Counted from the first letter of the stretch, positions 1-10,484 are shown. The stretch: 64,000 bases of DNA from Candidatus Bathyarchaeota archaeon (GCA_963811105.1 CAWEPZ010000011.1:1088001-1152000), one strand, 5' to 3'. The notes: generated by a model from the letters alone, not told the origin. Made by a program: numbers and translations.

Positions 1-98
1 TCATCTAGGTTAGCGTAGGCTCCGTAATCCATAACACTCTCGATAGTAGCGATTACGAGGTCGCCAGGATCAGGCCAATCAGCTTTATGTTCAGACAT
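1..98 (-). CDS. eif2a: Translation initiation factor IF-2 subunit alpha (5' part; runs off window)
   Basis: Manual translation MSEHKADWPDPGDLVIATIESVMDYGAYANLD matches the S1-domain N-terminus of aIF2-alpha. Confidence 0.9.
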   Translation of the reverse strand, partial: MSEHKADWPDPGDLVIATIESVMDYGAYANLD

Positions 99-144
99 TA
101 TCTACATCGACTCTAACTTGGGAAAAAGAATATGGACAATGCTT

Positions 145-447
145 TTATGGCTTTTTGTCCAATTTGACAATATATACTTCTTTGTTGCGTACTCTGAGTG
201 CTACATTGAATTTTCTATCAGTTTTCTTATTGTACTGCTTGACTCGGAATGTGAATGGAGCATACATTGATTTCACAGTTTTACCCTCAACTTCAACTTT
301 AAACATTTTCTCGGGACTCTCTATAATCTGTTTGAAAACTGCATCATATTCGGGAATCTTTGCGATTTTTCTTCCTTCAGGAATTTCCTTTACAGGAGTT
401 GCTTTCGCTACTATTTGCTTATTCTTACTTTTTTCTAGCTTAGACAT
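145..447 (-). CDS. Hypothetical basic protein (~100 aa)
   Basis: ORF 145..489; likely start ATG at 447 (MSKLEK...); Lys-rich, no recognised family. Confidence 0.6.
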   Translation of the reverse strand: MSKLEKSKNKQIVAKATPVKEIPEGRKIAKIPEYDAVFKQIIESPEKMFKVEVEGKTVKSMYAPFTFRVKQYNKKTDRKFNVALRVRNKEVYIVKLDKKP

Positions 448-607
448 TTTATTCACACTAATACACATGTTAATCGCTCTATATAACAATTGTTAAAAGA
501 TCATAGTAAAAGCTTAGTATAAATAATAGATACTAAGTCAATATAATAGTAAATAATAATGCAGTAGGAACTAACGCTAAAATAGTAATGCACTGGCCGC
601 AAACTTT

Positions 608-808
608 ATGTCTTCGTCAACTAAACACATGGCATTCAATTTTCTCAACAAAAAAACACGAAAATTTGTTACCGATTTTTATTTTGAAGGGCAATGTTTT
701 AGAGCGCGTGAATGGTTTTGTTTGCTTGTTAGGTGTAAATATGAGCGTTATGAAAAGAAAGAAGAAGAATACACAGCTAGAACAACAAAAGAAAACGCAA
801 CGAGATAA
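608..808 (+). CDS. Hypothetical small protein
   Basis: 66-aa ATG ORF divergent from 145..447; competing frame 588..863. Confidence 0.35.
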   Translation: MSSSTKHMAFNFLNKKTRKFVTDFYFEGQCFRAREWFCLLVRCKYERYEKKEEEYTARTTKENATR

Positions 809-1147
809 AGATTTAAAAAAGAAACAGATGCGTCAGCAACTTCCTGCTAAAGGAAAAAAATGAACGTTTTCTTATTTTAGAAAATTTTCTAAATTTTCCT
901 TAGAGTAGATTTCAGAATGTTATTTTTTTATTTTTAAAGGCAGAGTTGTCGCCGAAAGAGAAAAAAGAATATTTCCTCAAGATGCATTTTTCCTTGCTTA
1001 ATTAGTTGTTTTGAATCCAGTGGGGATACATCTGAAAGACCCTTATTTACCAATTGATCTTGTCCATACGACGCTAAAACTGAGTTTCAATATGGTCAAA
1101 CTTAAATTATACTCAGTCTAAAGGGATATAGCAAACGAGTAGTATTC

Positions 1148-2317
1148 ATGAGACGAATTCCAACACAGTTCCTTACTCCAGTGTGCAGAAACCCCGAACT
1201 TGTGAAGAGTTTCAGCAGGGGAGCATACAGACAGTTTGTTAAATCAAGAATGGATTATCGACATGAAGACGGAAGCAGCTCCGCTCTGTGGTTGCTGAGC
1301 CTAAGAATTACTCACCGTTGTAATCACAGATGCGCAATCTGTGCACAATGGGGACAAAATGGATACAATGCCCGAGAAGATACTCCAAAAGTTGCGGGAG
1401 AAGTTCCGATAGAAATTTACAAAAAAGTAATAGATGAAGTCTCACCAAAAAAAGTTCACGTTTACATAACAGGTGGAGAGCCATTTCTCTACGAACCGTT
1501 GGTTCCCCTTGTTAACTACATGAAACAAAAAGGTCTAACGGTTCAAATAGTAACAAATGGGTCATGCCTGGAAAAGAACGCTGAAACCATAGTTGAAAAC
1601 GGATGGGATATGATTTGCGTCTCGTTCGATGGTCCTAGAGAAATTCATGACAAATGCCGAGGCGTTCCAGGTGCGTTAGATGCAACAATTAGAGGGATAT
1701 CGGCAATCCAAAAACTAAAGAAACAGAAAAAAAAGACTAAACCAGCTATTTTTGTCCTCACAACAATCTCCAAGAACAACGAGACTTCATTACTTGAAAC
1801 AGTGAAAGAAGCAGAAAAGTTGGGCCCTGACGGCATGACAGTTTACTACTCATGGTTTACTCGAGAATGGATAGGGCAAAAACACGCAAAGATAGCAGAA
1901 GAAAAGTTAGGTATAACACCTTTCGCTTGGAAAGGCTATGTACGCGATACGACAAAAATGAATGTTGGTGAAATTGCTGAACAGGTGCAAAAAATAAAAT
2001 CTAAAAAATCTGGCATGCCTGTTCTCTTTGTCCCTGACCTCAAACCAGAACAAATCGGCACGTATTATATGGAACCCGAAAACTTCTTTGGATACAAACA
2101 TTGTGTTTCACCATGGTTCCAATTGGATGTAATGCCAAATGGAGATACTGTAACATGTAGAGATTTTCCGGACTTCGTAACTGGAAATATTAAGGAATCA
2201 AGTGTCCTCGAAATATACAACAATGAAAAACACCGCAAATTTAGACAGGCTCTGAGAAGCTGCGACAATGGAGTTTTTCCAATATGCTCTCGATGCTGCG
2301 GCTTGATGGGGTATTAA
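1148..2317 (+). CDS. Radical SAM protein with SPASM/twitch domain
   Basis: CNHRCAIC (CxxxCxxC), GGEP motif, C-terminal CVSPW...CRD...CSRCCG. Confidence 0.92.
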   Translation: MRRIPTQFLTPVCRNPELVKSFSRGAYRQFVKSRMDYRHEDGSSSALWLLSLRITHRCNHRCAICAQWGQNGYNAREDTPKVAGEVPIEIYKKVIDEVSPKKVHVYITGGEPFLYEPLVPLVNYMKQKGLTVQIVTNGSCLEKNAETIVENGWDMICVSFDGPREIHDKCRGVPGALDATIRGISAIQKLKKQKKKTKPAIFVLTTISKNNETSLLETVKEAEKLGPDGMTVYYSWFTREWIGQKHAKIAEEKLGITPFAWKGYVRDTTKMNVGEIAEQVQKIKSKKSGMPVLFVPDLKPEQIGTYYMEPENFFGYKHCVSPWFQLDVMPNGDTVTCRDFPDFVTGNIKESSVLEIYNNEKHRKFRQALRSCDNGVFPICSRCCGLMGY

Positions 2318-2449
2318 AAACAATTTTCGGCAATGGGGAGAGACATCTGACAAACTTTTTGATTATTGATCCGGACAAGAGAGTTCTTCGCCAACCAACC
2401 AAAACTTTTCTATTCAACCAAAACCTTCAGCTAAAAAAATAGGTAGATT

Positions 2450-3196
2450 ATGATGGAGCCCGTTGACGTTGCAATTCTCACAATGAACAGCGCAAGAATG
2501 TTGCGGGAATGCCTTAATTCTGTTTACAAAAATATTCCGGTTAACAACCTGATTGTTATTGATGGCTTCTCCACTGACAACACGGAAGAAATTATAAACG
2601 AGTACCAAAAAAAATATGGAAATGTTATCTTCGTTCAAGAGAAGGGAACACGAGGCACCGCGAGGCAGAGAGCAATTCAACTGGTCAAAACTGAATGGTT
2701 CGTATTCGTGGATAGCGATGTTTTACTGTCAAATAATTGGTTTGTTCAAGCGGAAAAACTGGTTAAAGAAGATGTTGGAGCTGTCTGGGGAATTGAACTT
2801 TGGTCCGTGCTAAAAGATAGCAAAGTGTTAAAGTTATTTGAAAGAGTTACTTTGAAAATTTTTGAAAAAAGAGGTGGAACCCATGACCTTCTGGTTCGCC
2901 GAAAAACAGTTGAAGACATCAAAATTCCGTATCAGCTACATACTTATGAAGATGGATACATCAAAGATTGGATTGGCAAGAAAGGCTATAAGGTTTTAGG
3001 CGTTTATGAACCGTACTGCATTCATTTTCGCTCCGACTCAGTATGGACAACCAGAAAGCACATTGAATTCATGGTCAGCGACCTAAAATACGCAATTCAC
3101 CGCCCAATACTTCTTCTTTCATACAGCTTCTACTCATTTATTGTTGGTTACCAAATTGTTTCAAGCAGATTCAAGCGAACATCCAACGAAAAATAA
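2450..3196 (+). CDS. Glycosyltransferase family 2
   Basis: VAILTMN..., IDGFSTD, FVDSD (DxD) motifs. Confidence 0.9.
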   Translation: MMEPVDVAILTMNSARMLRECLNSVYKNIPVNNLIVIDGFSTDNTEEIINEYQKKYGNVIFVQEKGTRGTARQRAIQLVKTEWFVFVDSDVLLSNNWFVQAEKLVKEDVGAVWGIELWSVLKDSKVLKLFERVTLKIFEKRGGTHDLLVRRKTVEDIKIPYQLHTYEDGYIKDWIGKKGYKVLGVYEPYCIHFRSDSVWTTRKHIEFMVSDLKYAIHRPILLLSYSFYSFIVGYQIVSSRFKRTSNEK

Positions 3197-3521
3197 CAAT
3201 TAGTCAACAGTCTTGTACGGGCGTGTTTGAAATTTTGATTTTTCTATATTTCACCCGCACCCTCTCTTTTTCCAAAGAATGGAACAGTTGGCAACTGAAA
3301 TTGGCTTGGTAAACACTTAGGCGAAAAATATTCGTAACAAATACGTGTGTCTTTGGAAAAAGTTGTAGAGTTTTCTCCCCCTTATCCATGTTGTAATATT
3401 TGCTTTTTTTCGAATTTATCTACAAGTTTTGTACTATTTTAAGACAAAAATTGCACTAAAGTTTATATGCCCTATGATGCGATAGTGTTCGCTCATAAAA
3501 TTAGAGGAAGAGAAAAAAAAA

Positions 3522-6125
3522 TTGAAAATTTCAATAGACAAAACAAAAAAGACAATGTCAATCGTTTTAATTCTTTTGATGGCTTCAATTTCAATAATAG
3601 CAATTGCACCTTATGCTGTTAAAGGTGGCGACGTAGCCACTAGCGGACCACTACCCGCAGGCGCATATGCCGCTGACACAGTTCAGCCAGTTTGCATGCT
3701 TAGCGTAAACCAAAACCCAGTAGGTGTCGGACAATACGTCTTAGTCAACGCATGGCTATCTCCGGCAGTTACGGCACAGCGCTCTGCTAAGAGCTACATC
3801 TTCACTATTACAGCACCCGATGGAACCAACACAACTTGGACGCAAGACGCAGAAAACGCAACTGCAGCAACATGGTTTACTTACACACTCACCACAGTAG
3901 GAACATACACATTCAGTGCCCGCTTCACTGGCTGTTACTTCAACGGCACAACAGCCGCTGGCTCAGCATACTATCTACCAGCAACCGCTAAACCAATAAA
4001 TGTCACATGCCAACAAGAGTTAATTTCATCATGGCCAGCAGCCCAAATCCCAACCGGATATTGGACCAGGCCAGTAGATTTTGGCTTTAGAGAATGGTGG
4101 CCAATCCTTGGAAACTATCCTGCATACTACGATGGCACTGTAGACTCACAGTGGAATACACGTTACCCTGATACCAACCCATACTGGAGCTCACAATATG
4201 ACTTTACTCCTTGGGTTCAATCACCACACAGCTCACACATAGTTTGGATGGAACTTGACATAGCAGCAGCAGGTGTCATCGGAGGACAAGTAGGTTTACA
4301 AGGCAACACAATCGCAAGCGATTTATCAACAAGTCCTTGGCTCAGCAACTTAGCTTTCGGTGGCAGAGGCTATCGAACAGTTGTAAAACCAGAGCCAACA
4401 GTGATTAATGGCACCACTTATCTACAGCCAGTCAGTGTCTGGGAATGCTTCGACCTTCGAACTGGAAAAGTGTACTGGGATCTGCAAGGGATGCAAATTC
4501 CCACATTCGTTGAATACGCCCTCAGTACAACAACTGCTGCCATCAGTGAAGATGCAGTCACAGCAACCCTTGATTACCTATCCGCAGGCACTGCAAACGC
4601 TACCACAGGCGCTGTGACAACTCCAGGCAGGCTGGTAAAGTATAACCCAACAACTGGAGCAGTGATATCCAACATATCACTTGATCTGGGAGGCACATAC
4701 ACTCACTATAATAACGCCTATATCCTAACAGTGCAAAACCTTGGCACTAACACTCCTCTTGCCCAACGATACCGCTTAATCAACTGGACCATAGCAGGAA
4801 CAAGCACTAACTTTGCTTCTAGAATCGCACCCAACGGCAACACGAGCTATGCAGTTAGCGCACTACCCGGTGTTATCGATTGGAACACTCGTCTTGGTGC
4901 TACAGTGAGCGGTATAACTGGAACATCAGGCATAATGAACGCAATAAACGCGACAGGCGTCGACTTGATGACAGGCCAAACACTCTGGAGCATCTTGCTA
5001 GCCAACTATACCATGTTTAGTGGTTCTTGCACTGTTGCTGACCACGGCAAAGTCGCTTTCAACTGTCAAGTAATTAATGGCCAAACCGGCGCTTACGTAG
5101 CATACGATCTGAAGACAGGAGCCTTAGCATGGACAAGCCCATCAATGGAATCTCCTTGGAGCGCAACTGGTTTCGGAGCTTACGGTGTCTCATCGGCTTA
5201 CGGCTTGATAATCCACGACGGCTACTCAGGCATAACTGCAATTAACTGGACTAACGGACAAATAGCATGGGTCTACCACAGATATGCACTTGCACCATTC
5301 GAAAGTCCATACACTGATGCAAATGGAACAGAGGTTTACTCTTTCAATTCAGGCAATAAAATTGCCGACGGCACAATCTATGCATACAACTGCGAACACA
5401 CTACAACTTTCCCAAGGACAAGAGGATGGAGCCTTTGCGCTGTCAACATTACCAATGGCGCAGAAGAATGGAGCTTAGCACTCCCTGGTAACGCAGCTTT
5501 CGGCAACGCACCAGACATAGGCGCAATTGCAGATGGATACCTGAACATGATGTCTGACTTAGGCTACTTTGTCACATATGGTATCGGTCAAAGCAAGACA
5601 ACAATCACCGCACCTGATACAGTAGTTCCACAAGGCACCGGACTCGTAATCAAAGGGACAGTACTTGACCAATCTCCAGCACAACCAGACACACCATGCG
5701 TATCACATGATTCAATGACAACACAAATGCAATACTTACACCTACAATACCCAGTTAACGGTCTCTGGCAAAATGAAACAGCGATAGGCGTTCCAGTCAC
5801 ATTGACAGCCATAGGTTCAGACAACGCAGTTTACAACTTAGGCAGCGTCACAACCAACGGCTACTACGGCACATACGCTTTCACATGGACTCCACCAAAA
5901 GCTGACTCATACACTATAACCGCATCATTCGCAGGTGACGATTCCTACGGCAGCTCATCCGCAGGCACCGACATAACAGTTAGCGCAGCACCAGTAACAC
6001 CAACACCAGCGCCAACACAACAAGCAGCAGCCTTGCCGCCATTTGAATTATACTTTGCAGCATCAGCCATAGCGATAATCATTGCAGTAGCAATCGCAAC
6101 AGTACTTATACTCAGAAAGAAATAA
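3522..6125 (+). CDS. Secreted PQQ-binding-like beta-propeller surface protein with C-terminal membrane anchor
   Basis: Signal peptide, repeated (D/N)xxTG..W propeller motifs, Ig-like flanks, Pro/Thr linker, TM helix ending ILRKK. Confidence 0.85.
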   Translation: MKISIDKTKKTMSIVLILLMASISIIAIAPYAVKGGDVATSGPLPAGAYAADTVQPVCMLSVNQNPVGVGQYVLVNAWLSPAVTAQRSAKSYIFTITAPDGTNTTWTQDAENATAATWFTYTLTTVGTYTFSARFTGCYFNGTTAAGSAYYLPATAKPINVTCQQELISSWPAAQIPTGYWTRPVDFGFREWWPILGNYPAYYDGTVDSQWNTRYPDTNPYWSSQYDFTPWVQSPHSSHIVWMELDIAAAGVIGGQVGLQGNTIASDLSTSPWLSNLAFGGRGYRTVVKPEPTVINGTTYLQPVSVWECFDLRTGKVYWDLQGMQIPTFVEYALSTTTAAISEDAVTATLDYLSAGTANATTGAVTTPGRLVKYNPTTGAVISNISLDLGGTYTHYNNAYILTVQNLGTNTPLAQRYRLINWTIAGTSTNFASRIAPNGNTSYAVSALPGVIDWNTRLGATVSGITGTSGIMNAINATGVDLMTGQTLWSILLANYTMFSGSCTVADHGKVAFNCQVINGQTGAYVAYDLKTGALAWTSPSMESPWSATGFGAYGVSSAYGLIIHDGYSGITAINWTNGQIAWVYHRYALAPFESPYTDANGTEVYSFNSGNKIADGTIYAYNCEHTTTFPRTRGWSLCAVNITNGAEEWSLALPGNAAFGNAPDIGAIADGYLNMMSDLGYFVTYGIGQSKTTITAPDTVVPQGTGLVIKGTVLDQSPAQPDTPCVSHDSMTTQMQYLHLQYPVNGLWQNETAIGVPVTLTAIGSDNAVYNLGSVTTNGYYGTYAFTWTPPKADSYTITASFAGDDSYGSSSAGTDITVSAAPVTPTPAPTQQAAALPPFELYFAASAIAIIIAVAIATVLILRKK

Positions 6126-6145
6126 GACACAGCAACCAAAATCAA

Positions 6146-6166
6146 ATTTCTTTTTTTCTTTTTTTC
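6146..6166 (+). terminator. Oligo-T archaeal terminator
   Basis: tttctttttttcttttttt directly after the stop of 3522..6125. Confidence 0.5.
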
Positions 6167-6832
6167 GCATTTTTGCTCAAAAACTATAATCGGAAGTCTA
6201 TTTCGTTTCGGTGTTTATCCAAAAAACTATTGCAGGGATTTTCTTCATTACTCAATTCTGAGTAATTTTAGCTGGGACCTCTCCTTAGAATAACCTCAAA
6301 TTTAATTGATTTTGGTCAGAACTCATTTTTCTATGGCTTATTGATTTGAAGATCCTCGTGGAGTTTTACTCATTTTTGACAATGAAACATCGAGTGATTT
6401 TGATAGTGAAAAAGAAAAACTGTGTTATTTCAGATCTTCGGCGAGACGACCTCTGGTTTTAGCTTTAGGTCAACTTTGCTGAGGTACAGCGCAGAGGGTT
6501 AGATCTAAACACATGTCTAAATTTAACGCGCAGGACCTAATCACTTTAACCATAGCATAGGTTCACCAAATCTTTGAAAAGTCCAAATGTGAACCAAATC
6601 AGGTTCAAGCTGCATGCAATTTGACAAAGTCATTTTAGAAGCAGGCTAATCCTTTTTCATAATGACGGACTGAAAAGTGAATTAAGTCTATTCCCTAAAA
6701 TCCCATTTCAGGGACGAACAGCGAGATTTTGGAAATCAGAAGCGCGAGTATTAGTTAGGATTGTGGATTCTTAAAGGTTAAATAAATATTCGTTCGATAA
6801 GTAAGAAAAAGCAAGTCAAGTTTACTTCGCCA

Positions 6833-8602
6833 ATGGTGAGCAAGTACATGCAAGAAAGAAAAAATACAAGCTTATTATTTAGGTTCCTGAGTAAAGTCGT
6901 TACTCCGCTAAAGATTATCACTCCAATTCTATTGTGTCTATTGCTTTTTGCGGCACTATTAACGCCGCTGAATGCTGCGCTTAGTCCTGCTAGGGATTTG
7001 ACTGGAACATGGCAAAGCGCTTTATCTGAAAAGTACTATGAAATGGATCCTTCTGATCCAAGCACACGGATGAATGATGTAACCGTAACATATACTATGA
7101 TTATAACTCAAAGCGGTAATTCGATAAATATAGTATTGAATATTGACGAATCAAGTTGGGTAACTGATAGCGCGTACTCGAATGAGTACGGCATTTCTGG
7201 TGTTCCTCCGGTTGGATTTAATCAAATTGTGCTTTCTGGAACGGTTTCGAGCGCAAGTTTTACCGCTGACGAGCTAGGCGCAAGCACAGGAAACGCAGAA
7301 CATTTAGCTGGATCATTTACCACGGACATTATAACAGCAACCCTTACAGGTCCATACGAAACAAGCGATACCAACGGCTTAATCGTGTTGCGGTCAGGCT
7401 CATCAGCCACAATGCCTCCCACCACAACTCCAGCTTCAACTCCCACACCCACACCAGCGCCCGCCCTGCCAACATCAGACAATTTAGGCATCGTTTCACT
7501 AATTCAAGGTACAACATGGTTTTCTGTAACTGGTACGCCAGTTACCGCTCAAACTCAAATAGGTGCAGGAGCAGAAATTCAAACAAGCGGCGACAGCAAT
7601 ACAGTAGTCGGCGTCAACTATCCTGACAATGGAGGAACCGCCTATTTGGGCGCAAACACTCACGCGGGATGGGTGTATCTTGAGCCACAAACCGATCCAA
7701 TAACTGGAAACATAACGTACATTGCAGTGCCACAGACAACAAGTTGGTCTGATAAGGCGTTAGAAAATGAAGAGTTTGGTCAAGCCGGATTGCAGCTTTC
7801 AATAGAAGTCGGCTTCGGGCTTGGCGTGATGCTGGTGACCGGAGCGCCACTATCCTTAGGAGGCGCATTAGTCGTCGAGGGAACAATATTGCTGGGAACA
7901 GGCATAGCATATGTTATTGAACAGTTGTCTCCGCAACAAGGAACCTATGACGTGAGACCTGTAGCAGTGCCGCAAGGACTAATTATGGGTGATGGAACCG
8001 AGTATGTCGTGATCGTTTCCAATGAATCGACAACGATCCAAGTCATGGACGGCTCAGTTATATTCGTCGATCAATACACCAACAATACAATAACCGTACA
8101 ATCGAACCAGATGCTGACGCTTCCCTCTGGAGTACTAACAGGATTCAGCAACTTAGACTTGCAATTGCACATATCTGCCTACGATGCGTCTTCAATAGAC
8201 CAATGGTGGATACCAATTGCTACCCCTACACCAATGATTGTTACGGCGTTGCCGACAAATTCGGTAACGAGCGACAACACGAATCTTCTGTCTCAACCTA
8301 CGTTTTTAGGGCCTCTTATTCTGATAATAGTCTTTGTCATAGCCGCGGTATTCCTTTCTGTACGAAGAAAACAAACTAGAAAACCTCACACGTCAAGCAA
8401 AAATGCAAATAATCAAAACGGCCTGCAGCAAATCACGAATGAGCCCAAGAAACCAACAGCGCAAACCACCGAAACAATACCTCTGCCGCCTAACGACCTG
8501 AATACAACGCAACCGAAGACTGTCTTTTGTCCCAATTGCGGGAACCAACTTCGCAACCCCACAAAGTTCTGCCCGTCGTGCGGCTCGGACCTAAGCCAGT
8601 AA
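6833..8602 (+). CDS. Membrane-anchored protein with FecR-like extracellular region and cytoplasmic zinc ribbon
   Basis: Signal peptide, P/T linker, FecR-like motifs (GTEYVVIV...TTIQVMDGSV), TM helix, CPNCG...CPSCG. Confidence 0.75.
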   Translation: MVSKYMQERKNTSLLFRFLSKVVTPLKIITPILLCLLLFAALLTPLNAALSPARDLTGTWQSALSEKYYEMDPSDPSTRMNDVTVTYTMIITQSGNSINIVLNIDESSWVTDSAYSNEYGISGVPPVGFNQIVLSGTVSSASFTADELGASTGNAEHLAGSFTTDIITATLTGPYETSDTNGLIVLRSGSSATMPPTTTPASTPTPTPAPALPTSDNLGIVSLIQGTTWFSVTGTPVTAQTQIGAGAEIQTSGDSNTVVGVNYPDNGGTAYLGANTHAGWVYLEPQTDPITGNITYIAVPQTTSWSDKALENEEFGQAGLQLSIEVGFGLGVMLVTGAPLSLGGALVVEGTILLGTGIAYVIEQLSPQQGTYDVRPVAVPQGLIMGDGTEYVVIVSNESTTIQVMDGSVIFVDQYTNNTITVQSNQMLTLPSGVLTGFSNLDLQLHISAYDASSIDQWWIPIATPTPMIVTALPTNSVTSDNTNLLSQPTFLGPLILIIVFVIAAVFLSVRRKQTRKPHTSSKNANNQNGLQQITNEPKKPTAQTTETIPLPPNDLNTTQPKTVFCPNCGNQLRNPTKFCPSCGSDLSQ

Positions 8603-8867
8603 TTCACAAAAGCCAAAAATAGCCATTACGCCACTGCATTGCCCTTTCTCTTTATTATGTGTTGAACTAGGTAGGTACCACTGATTTGTTAGGTCTTACA
8701 AGGTGGTGTTCTGCTACGTCTCCACTCAAAAATTTTTAGACCCTGAATGCCTAAATTGTAGCCCTATTTCCTATTATGGAATTTTAGAAAACATAGTAGA
8801 ACCTAAGAGAAAGGAGTTAATTCTGTCTTATTTGATACCTCTGTTGATTAGTTATGTTAAGAAAAAT

Positions 8868-8891
8868 GTGCAGGGGGTGGGATTTGAACCC
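8868..8891 (-). repeat. att site (copy of tRNA-Leu 3' end)
   Basis: 23/24 identical to 11598-11621. Confidence 0.85.
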
Positions 8892-9052
8892 TTTCCGAGT
8901 CCGGAAATGTCTCATGGTTCCCTTCTTTCTTCCTAGACTTTTTTGTCGAAAAAGTCAGATTTTACTATGGAGTCGTTGGATAATAGATCAGAGGTCGTTT
9001 ACTATTTTTATGGGGAACGAGTCTGGATAGCCATGATTGTTAGCGCCGTCTC

Positions 9053-9388
9053 CTACAAAAAAGACGTTTTGTCGTACGCGCTCAAGGTTATGTCATAGGT
9101 GCAAGATTCCCCGCGGTATAGTTTTCCGGGTGGAGGCGGGACGTAGGGATTCGGTTTTGGTTCTGCGTCAATGGCACTTATTATGTCCCATTCTGCAAGG
9201 ATTCCTCTCTCGGTTATCTTCGCCACGAGTTGGTTCGGAGCTTGGTCCGTTGGGACAATCTGAACCCAGCAATCGACGACGTTACCCCATACTGGAACGA
9301 AATTTGGTCCTATAGGGGGAATCTGCCACGAAAGTATTGCCCTTGCCCTGACCACAAAAGGAGCTTGATGACATGGTTGAGAATGCAA
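9053..9388 (-). CDS. Hypothetical protein or fragment in mini-element
   Basis: 111-aa ORF; start uncertain, no family recognised. Confidence 0.3.
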   Translation of the reverse strand: MHSQPCHQAPFVVRARAILSWQIPPIGPNFVPVWGNVVDCWVQIVPTDQAPNQLVAKITERGILAEWDIISAIDAEPKPNPYVPPPPGKLYRGESCTYDITLSAYDKTSFL

Positions 9389-9429
9389 CCGCCATTTTTT
9401 CTGTCAATGAGCATTACAAATATAATGAG

Positions 9430-9579
9430 CTACTTTTTAGGGTCCTTTGCAATTTTGTCATTAGCAAGCAAGTATTCGACATATTCTCTCAATGTGCGGT
9501 TGGTTTCTTTTGCTCTTCTTTGAATGTCTTGGTGAACTTTGTCAGTGACTGTCAAGCATTTGTATCCTTTACGAGGCAA
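9430..9579 (-). CDS. Small ribbon-helix-helix-like DNA-binding protein (49 aa)
   Basis: Manual translation from TTG: MPRKGYKCLTVTDKVHQDIQRRAKETNRTLREYVEYLLANDKIAKDPKK; strand-helix-helix pattern; below ORF-track cut-off. Confidence 0.65.
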   Translation of the reverse strand: MPRKGYKCLTVTDKVHQDIQRRAKETNRTLREYVEYLLANDKIAKDPKK

Positions 9580-9817
9580 AAAAAGATCAAACTCCTTCTC
9601 CGTACTTTACCGTACGATTATATATATAATTAACGGTTTAACAGTTTGACTGAACATGTAATTAGCGGTTTTGCCGAACGATTGAATATTCAATTGACGG
9701 TGAAGCCTTGCAGAGAAAATGCAAGAAAGCTTCAGAGCTGGAAAAGAAGAAAATTCTCGTACATTGTGAAACTTTAAATAAACATACGTACGCTAACTAA
9801 CTTGAGAGGGAAGCAAA

Positions 9818-10009
9818 GCGCCCAAAAAAGGCTACAAAAGCATAACCGTAAAAGCCGAGGTTTACGATTACTTTTTTGAAGAATGGTTAAAGGTCAAAAA
9901 GGAATACGCCATCAAAAAAGGTATACATAGCTTCTCAGCCTATATTACATCTACCTTAGCACAACTTATGAACGAAGACAAGAAACGCAACAGCAAAGGA
10001 AATAGATAG
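9818..10009 (+). CDS. RHH-like paralog with non-canonical or mutated start (GCG)
   Basis: xPKKGYKSITVKAEVYDYFFEEWLKVKKEYAIKKGIHSFSAYITSTLAQLMNEDKKRNSKGNR; N-terminus parallels 9430..9579; purine-rich SD-like gagggaag upstream. Confidence 0.55.
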   Translation, partial: APKKGYKSITVKAEVYDYFFEEWLKVKKEYAIKKGIHSFSAYITSTLAQLMNEDKKRNSKGNR

Positions 10010-10132
10010 AATTCAATGGGAAAATAATAAGCATTGAAGTTTGGGTTATTTGTAGTATCAAGATGTGCCAACATATATTCAAGTGATTGAACTTCTCGCT
10101 AGTACGGCATAGTACCGTACCGAGAAGATTAT

Positions 10133-10258
10133 ATGGCTAAATGTCCCACTTGTGGTAAAGAAGTTGCGGAACCTGACAAATTTTTAGAAAATGATTGGTT
10201 CCACATCGAAGCTTATACATGCAAAAACTGTAACTGCTATTTCAAAGTGACGAAATAA
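10133..10258 (+). CDS. Zinc-finger microprotein (41 aa)
   Basis: MAKCPTCGKEVAEPDKFLENDWFHIEAYTCKNCNCYFKVTK, two CxxC motifs. Confidence 0.65.
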   Translation: MAKCPTCGKEVAEPDKFLENDWFHIEAYTCKNCNCYFKVTK

Positions 10259-10484
10259 CTAAATAATTCTTGTACTCTTCTATTAAGAACCTGTTATTAA
10301 GAAATACTTCAATTTCTTGAAGATTGTAATCGCCTTTAATTCTCAACTGGTAACTATCTGGGCATCTCTGCTCAACAAGTACTACTGAAGGCTGGATTAA
10401 CTGATCTGAACCTAACTCTTTTAGAAGAGCGACTGCTTCTGCTCTTTTTATGCACTTCCCCTCAAACCATGGGTGAACGTACAA
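10242..10484 (-). CDS. Hypothetical small protein
   Basis: 80-aa ORF with protein-like composition; start uncertain. Confidence 0.5.
   Translation of the reverse strand: MYVHPWFEGKCIKRAEAVALLKELGSDQLIQPSVVLVEQRCPDSYQLRIKGDYNLQEIEVFLNNRFLIEEYKNYLVISSL

Noticed and set aside
6167-6832. Long intergenic region with short inverted repeats (6247-6266, ~6560-6607)
   Set aside because: No terminal repeats, ORF or recognisable RNA family; insufficient support for a MITE or ncRNA.
8703-8936. 77-aa ORF containing VQGVGFEP
   Set aside because: The motif is just the translated antisense tRNA att sequence; there is no other coding support.
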